Origin: Marsupella aquatica | Taxonomy: Eukaryota; Plantae; Marchantiophyta | Assembly: GCA_973895155.1 (NCBI GenBank) | Contig: OZ316892.1 | Span: 29,890,932-29,954,931, forward strand | DNA length: 64,000 bases | Reading direction: 5' to 3' | In this document: piece by piece, positions 37,001 to 49,310 of the stretch | How the letters are laid out: each line of letters opens with the position of its first letter | Numbering within the stretch: position 1 is the first letter of the stretch | Translations under genes and position numbers: made by a program | Notes under the pieces: model-generated | The model's input: the letters and a program-made list of their open reading frames with translations, nothing else | Database searches by the model: none | What the model was told of the DNA's origin: nothing

Positions 37001-38691
37001 AAATGTAAGACTTTGCTTATGGGAGAACTTATAACACCCTAATCACTGTGGAAACATGGGACCATTAAATATTATTTTCTTTCTCTTCTAAGATTTAATA
37101 GATCATTTTTTTTCTCATTAATTATCTGTCACAATTTGGAGCTGTTTCTCAATTGAATGGGGGTGAATGTGTCCTTTTCAGTGCTCTTTGTTATAGTTTG
37201 TTTGCTTACAAAGTTCAAGTGGACAAGTCACAGGTTGTTGATTTAAGAGCATTCCCACCCATTGCGAGGAATGCAGGACAAATTTGATTGGTATTTTAAT
37301 GTTTACACCTTTTTCAGTCCCTACTTCCTCCCAGCAAAGTCAAACCTGGGCCATAGGTGTGCGGGATCATGCCTCTCACATGCCAGAACTGGAGTGCTGG
37401 GGCCAAACGGTACAGGAACCAGCTCACTCACACTACGGGCCAACTTGCGAGTATGCAGCCTTGAAACCCTAAACCCTAAGCACATGCAGACTTTTGGGAA
37501 AAAGCAGATCTTGTCCTTGTTTTGTGTGATGATTGCCCTTGCCCTTGGATCCCCTCTCTGAAATTGCCCACTGCAGATTATGCAGGACACCGTTTGTTTT
37601 ATTTGAAATTCAAAGGAGGGGACCTCGAGGGCCAGAAACTTCCAGCAATTGCCCTTTCGTTTGGCCACAATATTCTCAATGAGTAGCTTTTGGCCACAAT
37701 ATTCCCAATGAGTAGTTTTTGGCCTGTGTGAAGTTAAGGACCCCAAAAAGTAGAGTTGAGGGCCCAAAAATGTAGGGACACTCGCATGCGAGTTGGTTCC
37801 ACATTGTGGATGGAGTGGATGATGTTATAGAGAGACACCTGGACGCCCATGGCTCCTGATAATCTGGCAAAAGTCATGGTCTAGTGGAGATCGATTGTAA
37901 GATACACATATGGGCAAAGCGAGTCGCTTTTTGTGGGGGATACTTTTTTTGATGCTGTTATATGGCGGGACACAATTTGGTTACCTTGTCTTATTAGAAT
38001 TGTTTGTTATATATTTTTATGTCAATTTGGTCTATTCTATGCTTTTACTTTATATTTTGCTGATTTTAATAATTTATTTCAAGCTAAAGCCTGAGTCCCT
38101 TTTTGAGGGGGACACTTTAATCGAGTACTAAAGTCCTCTATGGTTCGGCGTTTCTTGCCCTTGGGCACTGTGATATATACTCTATGGCAACAAATCTACA
38201 GCGGGAACATAGCAAGAGTCGAGTTTCAGGTTGAGCCAATTCACCCAATTCACCCAATTCGTTCAGTTCACTCTCAGGCCTTGTGAGGATGCTGCTACGG
38301 AGATGTCGAGAAGTTGAAGCTGTGGCCGGAGTCGCTCAAGTTCTGTAGCTTTTATTCAAGACAGCCGACCCGACCAGACGCAGCTCCGAATTGTCACCAC
38401 AGCGTTTGTAGCTGCGTATTGTGCCAGGAATGCAAAATCCCTGAAGAATGATGAAGTTGGAGAGTTGTTCAATCTGCCGCTCAAGTGAACTAGAAGCGGC
38501 TCGAAATTCATTGCACTGCGTTTGTAGTTGGGAATGGTGTCATGAATGGTAAGCAATAAACGTTTGGAGATGAGAGTGGAGAGTGATCGAGTGGCTAGAG
38601 CCTTCGTCCGAGCAGTTGATTTACGACAATTCACCGAACCAGAAGCAGCTCAAAAGTTCGGGTAGAACAAGTGTAGTAGTCGGGCAGTGCA

Positions 38692-39819
38692 ATGGATGGT
38701 AGAAAACCCAACGAAGGACGAGATGGAGGGGCTATGTTCATTCCAGGGATCTCTGATGAAATCACTCTGGAGCACATTGCTACGAAAGTGAGATGGAGAA
38801 CTTTGTTCGTTCTGGCATCTGTGAACCGGGCGTGGAGGAGAGCTATCCAGGAACGGGAGGTCTACAATGTGAGAATGCGAACTCATTCGAGCCAGACTTT
38901 GATCGCCTTTTCTGAGGACTGGAATCGGCAACAGGGGTTATATGATGCAGAGGAACAATTTGTTGTCAAACTACCTCTTCTGCCATGCCTTCCTTCTTCT
39001 CGACCTCCAGGTAATTTCCAGACTCCGGTGGGAGCCGTGACGCTGGATGGCAAGCTTTTTGTGGTAGTGGACTTTTGGTTAGGGTTGGTATCTGGAGGCA
39101 ATAACCGGAGGAGAGATCTTCACATGCTTGATCTGGGTGCGTGTCTGCTACGCTGGAAGCCTTGCTCCAGCACGAAGATTGATAGCAGTTCGTCCATTCG
39201 AGTGGCTTGTGATGGGAGAATATATGCTTTCAGCATGCGAGAGCCTTACATCCGTGGCGAGGTTTTCGATCCAGAGAAGCACAAGTGGTCTCGGATTGTG
39301 GACGAACCACTGAATGTCTGCAAGATGTCTGCATATGCTGGCAGGGTGGCAAGTCTGAACAAAGAGATCTATGTTTCAAATTCGTTTGGAGAGAAGCTAA
39401 TGGTGTTTAATTGCTCTACTGAGAAGTGGAGGGAAGTGAAGAACACTATCCCAAATAAGAAGAGCGTGGCATGGGTCATGATAGATGAAAAGCTTTACAA
39501 TCTCTCCAATTCTAGTGTGGATGTTTATGATCCTGTCTCAAATACCTGGGCCCCGATCCAACCTATCTTCTACGACAATTTTAAGCACGACCTCGCAATC
39601 ACTCCGTATCCAATTACTGCGGCCCCTTTTGGAAAGGAGGTTCTAGCCTTATTGGAGCACGACATTGCATTTCCTGATGGGTCTTTCAGAAAACTTTGCA
39701 AGTCTGTGGGATTTGGTCTCAAGGGATGTCCTCTAGTCTGGGAGATTTTACATTGTCCTGATCTCCAGACTTCCCTCAACAATCAAGATAGCTTTTTGTT
39801 GGGCTCAATTGAGCTTTGA
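38692..39819 (+). CDS. F-box/kelch-repeat-like protein, intronless, 375 aa
   Basis: N-terminal F-box FIPGISDEITLEHIATKV...LASVNRAWRRAI. Kelch-like blades LDGKLFVV, CDGRIYAF..EVFDPEKHKW, IDEKLY..VDVYDPVSNTW. Confidence 0.88.
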   Translation: MDGRKPNEGRDGGAMFIPGISDEITLEHIATKVRWRTLFVLASVNRAWRRAIQEREVYNVRMRTHSSQTLIAFSEDWNRQQGLYDAEEQFVVKLPLLPCLPSSRPPGNFQTPVGAVTLDGKLFVVVDFWLGLVSGGNNRRRDLHMLDLGACLLRWKPCSSTKIDSSSSIRVACDGRIYAFSMREPYIRGEVFDPEKHKWSRIVDEPLNVCKMSAYAGRVASLNKEIYVSNSFGEKLMVFNCSTEKWREVKNTIPNKKSVAWVMIDEKLYNLSNSSVDVYDPVSNTWAPIQPIFYDNFKHDLAITPYPITAAPFGKEVLALLEHDIAFPDGSFRKLCKSVGFGLKGCPLVWEILHCPDLQTSLNNQDSFLLGSIEL

Positions 39820-40671
39820 AAGCTGGACATAATTATATTGACTCGACTGCCAAAGACTTGACGGCAAACAGTTTGTATGTATGTATTCAGGACCTTTTTG
39901 ATTGCCAATGATATGAACTAAGCTTTGCCCACCAACGGGAGGCAAGATTTGCGTCCGTTTGACATCCGAGTAAGGCGTCTTAAGGCTGGCTACAAGTAAC
40001 TTATGAACAGACTTTACGTTGGGGTTAGAGTGGATTGTGACAGAGCTAGAAACATAACGAGCCTGCACCATAGAATGCGCTGCCATTGGCCGCTCGAAAA
40101 TCGGTCCTCGTTATGTTTGTGCTTGCGAATCGCCTTCTCAATAGAGAGAGATTATTGGTTACGGTGACACATCATGAAGTAAGGATCTTCGAATCTATAA
40201 AATGTCGAAAGATCTTCTCAATTGGCAGTTTCCCAACGTCAAAACTCTACCTAGCCCGGCCATGCCAAAGTACCGCAGAGTGGAGTTTCATTCAATGTTT
40301 CCTACTGCACATATTAGAGTTCGAACTCCGTAATCTTATTCTGAAAAGGAGGACAAAGAGTTGGCACATAGAAAAAATTCTGGGAGACCAAGGTTTGCAA
40401 TTACCACATACCAATGACACGAGGTCATCTGCTTCAAGTAGGACATCAAAGATGATCAAAGTTGAAAACAAGGTTTTTAAGTTCTACACTTGACACAAGA
40501 TATCAACTCGGCTACCTTGCACCTGCAGTCATACACTGGGATAAGGAGTTTAATGAATACTACAGCTTGATCACCATGGCGACCTAAATTCAGAAAAGGA
40601 CTTCATCATTCCAACACATTAGAATGGAGACATTTCCTAAACCCTAAAGGTGCTCGCCTTGGTGAGCTCCT

Positions 40672-41001
40672 TGTAAGAATCTGATATCTTGAATATATCG
40701 AATGAATGCTGAGTGAAGGCGAGGGCCCCACATAAATACAAGTTTGAGAGTCCTACGGAACAAGATCCATCAAGGGACACGAGTGGAAGGCCTATCAATC
40801 TACGGTGGGAGATACAATGTACATCTAACAGACACAGCAATCACGAGTGGACAATGCGCTGGGGATACTGGAGGAGTGAGGCAGGACAAACGGAAGAGTG
40901 AAGCTGATCTCTGTGAGATCACAAATTAATGATGCTTTCAGTTGGCACTTGGAAGCGCACAGCCAAGTAACTTCCTATCTAAGGGTAAGTTACTGTCAAC
41001 A
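40672..41001 (-). repeat. 3' LTR of the Copia element
   Basis: tgtaagaat...ctgtcaaca, adjacent to the PPT and homologous to 45428-45767. Confidence 0.93.
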
Positions 41002-43044
41002 CCCTCCCTCGCTCTAAGTGCTAAAGTGGTCTGAAGCAGTTGAAGATGATGGTCCATACAAAAGTGCATTGGCAGATCGGGATGACATGGTCCTCTTGGA
41101 TTTACACAGGTATCTGGTTGATGTTAACAAGCTTGAGAAGGGTGGTGTGCTTCTTGGATCAAAAGCTTGAGCAGCTTCAATGGAGACTATCTGAGAAGAC
41201 GGGTCTCGAAGTAGAGCCAGAAGAAAGTAAGTAAATGTTGAGGCTTGTGACGGATAGTATTGTGAAAAGTCATATTCTCACAAAGTTGAGAATGCAGGTT
41301 GGGCCTTCTGAGCTGGTGTCGTATTGGTGCATCAATAAAGCATGGCGAGATGCTCCAATTAAAGCATACAGAGGAGTGGACAGCCTTTGAATGGGTAAAA
41401 CAAGAAGTGTTGAATGGAAAGTACAAGTCCCAGCAAGAACAGATTTGAAGGTACTGGTTCAATCTTCATGATAGACTAGTAGAGATCAGAAATCAAGAGA
41501 CGTCCATGAAGAATAGCATAAAGGATTTCAGGATGGCAGCAGATCAACAGAGAAATGTCCAGAGTAAGATAAGTGGGTCTTCATGAGACTCAGATCCAGG
41601 ACTCCAATGGCATAATGATGTCTTTCAAAATGAGGTCGGAAGAAGGCCTTGGTAAGTACATCAACAGGTTGCTGATCCGTTGGAATGTATTTAAGATTGA
41701 TATCCCCCTCAAGGACGCGTTCCTGAACGAAGTGATGGTGAACTTCAATGTGCTTGGTGTGTGCATTAAAAATTGGGTTACGTGCAAGCTTGATGGCCCC
41801 TTCATTGTCACATTGGAGGACTAGGCTCGATGATGGGAGAGCATCAAGCATGTGTGGACCTTTACATTGTAGTGAGACTTCAATCTCATGAATGAGTTGG
41901 AGTTCAAGGAGTAAAGGGCGTAGATAGACAGCTTCTTGGGCGCCTGAAGATAGTGCCATGTACTCTGATTCGGTAGAAGATTTGCTGGTAGCAGCTAGGC
42001 ACTTGATGTGCCAAGAAATGGGGTTGTCACCAAGTGTTAAAATGTAAGCCCCAACGGATCTGCAAGTGGTAGGGCAGGTAGCCCAATCCGCATCAGTGTA
42101 AGCAGAGAGAGTGAGAGGGGCGTTGCGATGGTAAAAAATCCCATAGTGAGTAGTGTGCCTAAAGTAGCAAAATATGTGTTTAGTTGCCTGCATGTGAACT
42201 TCCTCAAGGATCTTGCATAAGTCTATTGACAAGACCAACAACAAAGGATAAGTCAGGATGAGTGTTGGTGGCTAAATATAGTAATTATGGCACTATAGAT
42301 GGGCATCGACAGGAGGAGCTGAAGAGTCAGTAGAAAGAACGGTACGAGTCGATAAGGGAATGAGAGCAAGGGTGCAAGAACTCATGTTAAATTCCTCAAG
42401 GATCTCTTCACAATAGCTACGTTGATGTATGGTGATGCCAGCCGTGGATGTATCAAATTCAATGCCCAAATATTTTTGGGAGTATTTCTGAATGCAGCCA
42501 AAGTCCTTCATGCTAAAATGTTTGCGGAGTTCAGCTTGGTGTGAAGCAATGACATCATTGTTGCTGCTAGTGATATAAAAATGATCCACATGAGTAAAGA
42601 GTATAGTCAGGTCCTTAGCAACACAAATATGGTAGAGATTGTTGTCAAGCATGCTACATGACCAACCAAGCTTTGTAAGAAGAGCATGTAAGGTCTCGTA
42701 CCATGCTTTGGATCCAGGATTGCCGAAGGCCATAAAGTAAATTGTTCAGGAGGCATACAAGATGTTCCTGTCCACCGAGAAAATGACCAGGAGGTTGTTG
42801 CATAAAAATCTTTTCATGAACCTTGCTGTTAAGTAACGTTGTATCAACATCCATGTGAATAATACTCCAGCCATGAGAAGTAGCAATGGCAGTGATGGTG
42901 CGAAGAGTGGCCTATTTGACCACCAGAGCAAAAGTCTCAAAGTAATCAAAGTCATGCTTTTGATAGTTGCCTTTGGCAACAAGACAAGCTTTAAGATGAG
43001 CGTGAGTAGCAAAGATGGGCTTTCGTTTGAGTGGTGGACCTAGC

Positions 43045-44800
43045 CACCCAGCGCCCTCACCAATCCCAACACTCACGCCTAAGTGCCCTTGGCACCCGAA
43101 CGCCTCCACGGAATACCTCGAGCAAGCACCCGAGTGCCTCTTGCACCGCCAGCGGCCCCTCCCATACGAAGCCGCACTTGCTCTCCTACACGACCGCTAC
43201 TCCACGGTCCTCACTGTCTGCACAAGCGACCAAGCACCTCGGTAAGTAACCCCTCAGGATCTAGAACTCGCCAAGTCTAGCATCCTAACTCAAGCTTAAC
43301 AGATGTTGGTAAATAGGTCAGCGATAGGTCCTCCCGTTGCCATAAGCCGGAACTAGAACCCACGCCCACTGTCCGTCCAGGACAGCTCCTTCCTTGGGCG
43401 CGGCCCGGGTTCCCCCTCGTACCTATCCATCACCAACTGACCTCCCTGACCCCAGGACATGTTCATGGCCCAAATAGCGTAGCTTGTCCTAAAGCTTGTC
43501 CCAAGCTTGTCCCACCACGCCGGGAGCAGAACGGTCCCGGCTCTAGCAACCACTCCTGGTTCGTCCCACTGATGGTCTAGGGGCCGAGCACCCTTGGAAC
43601 TCAGCCTCCACACCTACTTGGCCTTGCCTCCCCAACGAAGCTCCCTTGGGAGCGGGCTTGGGAGCCTGAACGCGGCTTGGCTGCTGTTTGGTAGGATTTG
43701 GCAAGCGGGCGAGCTAAGACCCACAAACCACGAGAACCCATGGCACCCCCAGACCCAGCTGAGCTCATGAGGGCGTAGCCCTCCTCAAGATCTTTCCAAC
43801 GCACCCAAGAAGTCCTCCAACGGACTTCCCGTTGGGAAGTTATCGTCATTTCCGTTTGGCGGTTTCCCTTGATGTCGCGACCGCCGCGGCTCACGACTTC
43901 GGCTCGCCCTTAGCCCCCAGGGAAACACCACTCCCCTCATATATGCTTCTGGAGACCTGCCACCCCCGGACCAGCTTTGGTCCCTAAACATTTGGCCCCC
44001 AACCCGGATTCCATCGCGCATAATGGGCGCGCCACCAACTGGCAACGCCCATAACTTTCTTGATAGGCACCCGCAAGCGGAGTGCCTTAGCCCGTTGTGA
44101 TCGGGCCGACTGAGTGCTCATGCCTAGGCCCTCAAGTCTGATCGCCGCTCGGGGCCCCCGACCGGCCCAACCCGGATCGGCCACAACTCGCGCCCCAAGC
44201 GTCCGTTGCCAATGGCTTCAACTCCACTGGCCATGGGCCCAAGAGGAGCTCACACTCAAACACTCCAAACTCAAAGTCCATCCGGAGGTCCGGATGGCTA
44301 TCCTTGAGCCCGGTCCATTTCCTCTTGACCCGACCAGCCATCAACTAGTCTAAGTCCTTAGTGTGTGCCTCCAGCTTGGCTCTTTGCCTCGCTAGTGCCA
44401 CGTCTCATTGCCCACAAGTCTCCTCATGCTAGGTCCTCCCCAGATGGCCTATCCGGGCCTGGACCATAAGGGAGCTCGACGTCGGAGTCAGCGACATCGG
44501 AGCTAAGTGTTAAGGTAGTCGAGTTCCGCGACTGTTTGAAAACCCACATAGACGGTTGAAATTTGTGATAAGCTTTTCTTTACTAAAGCAAATGAATGAA
44601 CACTAAGTGGGCCCTTAAGAATCTGTCGGGACAGGGCACTAACCAAGGCATGGCATTAATAGGACCGTAAACTAATTAACCCTAAATCTAACAGTAATAC
44701 AAAATAATGTACACGCCTCGCTAGATAACACCAGGATAGAGGCCAGTGTGACCCAGGAGTGGAACAAGGCAAGCGGGATCATGGATGAATCAATACTCAA
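43045..44800. mobile_element. GC-rich ~1.75-kb insertion splitting the Copia RT (probable foreign LTR or TE remnant)
   Basis: RT residues ...LPLGKEAIP stop at ~44800 and resume as LKRKP...KACLVAKG at ~43040. The intervening DNA has a distinctly higher GC/CpG content. Confidence 0.75.
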
Positions 44801-45427
44801 TAACGGTATGGCCTCTTTGCCAAGAGGTAATTCCACCAGAGACCAAGTGTTAGTTTTATGAATGGAATTGAGTTCTTCCATAGTGGATACTACCTAGATG
44901 TAATAGGGCTTGTTTGAGAGAAACATTGTCATTGATAGAAGGGTCATCAGTTTTGACAGCACAGGCCAAAATTTCCAGAGGAGGCGATTGAGCTTGAAAC
45001 CCAAGGAGTCAAGAATTATGAGAACAAAGTTTGCTAGAACGTCTTAGCATGTAGCAACTGGAATTGTTGGAGCTGGGTCCGAAATCCTCTCCTTGATAAA
45101 ACTCCGCTTCATCTTATCCGGCCATAATGGGTAGTTGTTCCCATTAGGCTTCTTGTCCTTGGACATTGAGAAGTTCAAGTCCTGATTCAAGGTGACTGAG
45201 TACTAAATGAAAGTGCGACAACAACTATACAGGGAAATCTCACCTGTGATGCAGAACTCACAAAGTACTCTAAAACTAAAAACACATGCAAATGCCTACC
45301 TAGACGAGAGGTACTTAGTACCAGCTCCTGACTAAGAAATAATATAACGAGCGATACTTACCAGCTCTGAGAGAGGAACAAGACTAAACAGCATAACCCG
45401 CGTTGTCCTGGGGAGGCTCTGATACCA

Positions 45428-45767
45428 TGTAAGAATGTGATATCTTGAATATATATGGAATGAATGCTGAGTGAAGGCAAGGGCCCCACATAAATACAAG
45501 TCTGAGAGTCGATCCTTCAAGGGACAGAAGCGGAAGGCCTATCAATCTACGTGGGAGATACAATGTACATCTAACAGAATCTACGTGGGAGATACAATGT
45601 ACATCTAACAGACAAAACAATCAGTAGCGGACAATGCGCCTGGGATACCAAAGGAATGGGGCAAACGGAAGAGTGAAGCTGATCTCAGTGAGATCTCAAA
45701 TGATGCTTTGGCACTTGGAAGCACAGAGCCAAGTAACTTCCTATCTAAGGCTAAGTTTCTGTCAACA
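45428..45767 (-). repeat. 5' LTR of the Copia element (contains a 34-bp tandem duplication at 45544-45611)
   Basis: Adjacent to the PBS. aatctacgtgggagatacaatgtacatctaacag occurs twice here and once in the 3' LTR. Confidence 0.93.
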
Positions 45768-46263
45768 CTCCTAACCCTATCCTATTGCAATCTTTCGTAG
45801 AACTAGAATTCCCAACAAGATATTTCGCGTAGGAAAAATACTAGATAAATAGCCTAGATAATAAGGTTCCTGGGTGAAAGACCAGGTACAACGAGTAATC
45901 ATTAGAGTGAACTTGCAACTAGTCTAAACTTTACAGGGACAAAATTCTACTCAAGACTATACCTTCTTCACTATCTGTTGTTCCTGGCATCCAGCAGTGT
46001 GCAGTTGAAGCAAAAATCATCGACAATATGACGAGCGCAACCAAACGTACATGCAAACATTTCTTCAACATTCCAGGGAATTCCGCTATACAAATGTCAA
46101 GTTGGAGAAATCTGGTTTACAATTCAGCTCATTTCTCCTCGTCAGAAATCTAGGGGGTCAGGCATTGCTATTCGTTGCCATCTCCGGATATTTACTAGAA
46201 GTAACTAATTCAGTTGGAGGGACAGCTAGCCTCAGAGTTCTGACCTCGGATGCTTTGTCTGCT

Positions 46264-48633
46264 CTAGCTCTTTACGTCACCGACTTTGGTATCCAACCTG
46301 TGCCGTTTCCGTCCACCTTGGCCAGAACCATCGGTAAATGTAGTTAAAGCAACTATTTCAGTTTGAGGAACAGCTAGCCTTGCTTGGCCCAGTCCCAACC
46401 TCAAACGTTTTATCTCTTCTTGCTCTTTACACCAAATTTCCATAGCAACCTCAAACAAACGACGCCTTTTCTGGATAACAATGAAAGGTACACGTCCATG
46501 ACCCTGATAGCTCAGTGTTCCTGTGGCACTGTAGCCATGACCCTCATAGCTCGGTGTTCCTGTGGCACTGTACCAAGCAGAGGCACTGTTACTGCGACTA
46601 CCACAGTCCCTGTATCTGTAGGAGAATCTCGCCACAATTAACTTCGCGGCGTGTAAGCTCCGCGCACCCTTGTGCACATATTTTTCGTGCGGCCCTTTGA
46701 GGAAACTCTCAATGTGTGGATAGGCTGGAAGCTTTGCAAGAGGTTGGCACCACGTAAATTCTGGCTTTTTGTGTGACTCAAGCTCAGCAATACGGGACTC
46801 TAAGATTTCAAACATCGTGCTGGCCACCGCTGCCCCAGCATCGTTGTTGCCCTTGCATATCAGCTGCTTAGCCAATTCAGCTAAGGATTCACCTCGAGTC
46901 AACGCAAATTCCTTTACAAGGTTAATGATATCCGCGGAAAGTACTTCCCACCCAAAAATATGGACAACAGTTGCAATCGCTTTTGCAACTTCAGCAGTTC
47001 TCACACCAACTTTGATGATATCCTCTTTCCCGTGAACACCGTAGTTCAAGGAGGCTCTCCGATAATGGACTTTTCCCAACAGCTGTAAGATATACAACAC
47101 ATCGTCCAGAACTCTTACTCTCGTAGAACAAAGACTTAGCAATGCAGGAGTCACTGGATCTTCACTGCAATCTCCTCTCCATACTTTGAAAGCATGCTTT
47201 CCGCAATAGCGAACAACTTGACGCAACTGTACCATAAAGTCTGGATCATTTTCCTTCAACTTAATCTCAAGGATGTCCAAGGCACCGGAAACATTTGCTT
47301 CACAGGCTATTGAAGCTGATATTGCTTTAGGCCATGCAACCAGCATGGCTCTGTGGTACCAGTATTCCAGGTTTGGACCGTCATTACCCGTGTGGGCCTC
47401 ATACCGTTTCTCATCTGGCTCAGACTTAAATGGATCCCCTCCCTCTCCTAATACAACTTCCGACTCGAGGTCGATACGCAGATTTTTAAAAGCCACACCA
47501 ATAGGGTTACCATCAAAATCAATCCAGTTTTCGAATTCAGTTACTTCTTCTCGAACTTGCCACATAATATCATGATCCGTGGCAAGCCCTTCTTGATATT
47601 TAGATACGAGACAAAGATGAAGATCTAGCCACTTCTCCTTCTTCTTATCTCTACAGTCCTTCAAAACCTCTGCCACAATCCGGTCGTCTCCTTTCAACCG
47701 AGCAAAGGATAAGTTCGTCGCTGTGTATTTGTGCTTCAAGGGAATGGCAAGTTTCCCACTGAAAACTTTCAGCTTTCCCTCTGTTGCCTCTTCCAACCAC
47801 GGTTCTAATGCCGCTTCAGCTTTATGCACCCTACTGGAAATGAGCAATCTACGCGCGGTGTCCAAAGAAGAATCTTGCTTGACCAAATTAAAAGCCAAGC
47901 ATAATTTAGTCCCAGATGCTATCTTCCGCAGCTCGTGCATGCAATCAGCGAAGAACACTGTGTAACAGTACCCAAGTGCACTGACCAAATGGCAATCAAT
48001 TTGCTTCACTTGATTGTGTTACTTGACAACAAGTTCGCCACCTGTGTATCCATCTTCTGTTGGAAGCTGCAGTATCAATGTTGCAAACATCCCTTTCTCC
48101 TTCTCCGTGTCTCGGTGGAATGTGAAGTGACCGCCTGCCTCGTAAAACAAAAGCTTGTATAGGTGGGCTTCTAATTGGACCTCCGGTCCATCAACGACAC
48201 CCAATGCACGGACAGCCCTCACTGCCAGTCGCTGAAGAGTATCAGGTACGAATGTTGGCATTTCAGGAAAGCATATTTTCGAAGCATCCACTTGCCAACA
48301 ACGTCGCACATTGGTATCCACCACAGTATCAAAACCTTTTCCAAACGGCGCCTGCTCACAAACACTGCGTAGCTTAGCGGCATCTTCAGCAGAGAGTGGG
48401 AGCTGCAACTCACCAGCGCCCTCAACGTGAAAGGACTTCAGGATGAATCCTTCCGAGTATTTGACAGCATCATATGCAGCAAAAGTGCCCAGAATAGATT
48501 CGTCGTCATCTGAAGGACGAGGCCAAACAGCATTCAGCAGGTTCTCAAAGAGTTGGTATCTCTGTATTCCTTCCATGGCCACTGCCTCGTCTTCTCTGCT
48601 TTTGCCTTCTTTGTGGGTTGTTCGCTGCCCCAA
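46264..48633 (-). pseudogene. Intronless 2OG-Fe(II) oxygenase-domain gene of microbial/oomycete type, interrupted by one in-frame TAA at 48021-48019
   Basis: ORFs 48633-48019 and 48009-46264 are in the same frame, reading GGELVVK*HNQVKQID. Motifs APFGKGFDTVVDTNVRRCWQ, LYKLLFYEAGGHFTFHRDTEKEKGMFATL (HxD), FFADCMHEL (distal His), LKHKYT...LKGDD and TGNDGPNLEYWYHRA. First ATG at 48576. Confidence 0.82.
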
Positions 48634-49207
48634 TGTACTTTATCAAATCCTTTCCCTCTGAGACTGTTGAAATCGAAACTCGCAAGAGGAGCAAGCTGAG
48701 CCAAATTCTATGTGCCCTTTAACCCGATTTGCAAACGAGAGTACTTTCTCAGTAAATGAGTTCTTCTTTCTATCTCCAATATGTCCACACCTTGGCTTGG
48801 GATCCCACAAGATACTTTGCTACTTAGCAGATTGGGCCTCAACCTTACTTCCTGTCAATCTCTGAGACGAATGTTTGGCAAACTCCTCACTAAGTTGGGC
48901 ACCTCGCTTGATTGGACTGCCAAATGTGTCTGATAGGCCAGCAAGCTTGACTACGTGCTTTATCGCCTAATGTCAATCTCTGAGTTAAACCTCCTGTCTT
49001 CAGTGGGCAGCTGAGGCGCCCTCAGCTCCACTCCGTCCAGATGGCATCAATTCCCCTGGCTTCCAGAGCCCTTCACGCGCACTCCACTCTGCATTTGTTA
49101 GTGCATTAGATACGAAATTTTCATCGTCTGCTTTTGGAATGGCACCAATCGATCTTCGTTTTAACTCCTGATAATCTTGTCATCGACTGTGCATGCTGCA
49201 CGCGAAT

Positions 49208-49310
49208 CTCTTGTTGGGGCATGGATTGGATTCAGCTTCGAATTTCGTTACATCTTCTTCTCTTGTTGGGGCATGGATTGGATTCAGCTTCGAATTTCGT
49301 TGCATCTTCT
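49208..49310. repeat. ~51-bp tandem duplication
   Basis: tctcttgttggggcatggattggattcagcttcgaatttcgtt.catcttct occurs twice. Confidence 0.9.

Larger units (their letters stand above)
40672..45767 (-). mobile_element. Decayed Ty1/Copia LTR retrotransposon, internally deleted, with nested insertion
   Basis: LTRs 40672-41001 and 45428-45767 (TG...CA). TSD ctcct at 40667-40671 and 45768-45772. PBS TGGTATCAGAGCC (tRNA-iMet) at 45427-45415. PPT gagggaggg at 41010-41002. Frameshifted RT/RNase H pieces: NTWSLVELP, KACLVAKG..ETFA, AYTDADWA, SSTESEY, CDNEGAI, TKHIEVHHHFV. Confidence 0.96.

Noticed and set aside
43015-44353. Cluster of overlapping 65-100 aa ORFs
   Set aside because: A by-product of high GC in the nested TE insert, with no protein motifs.
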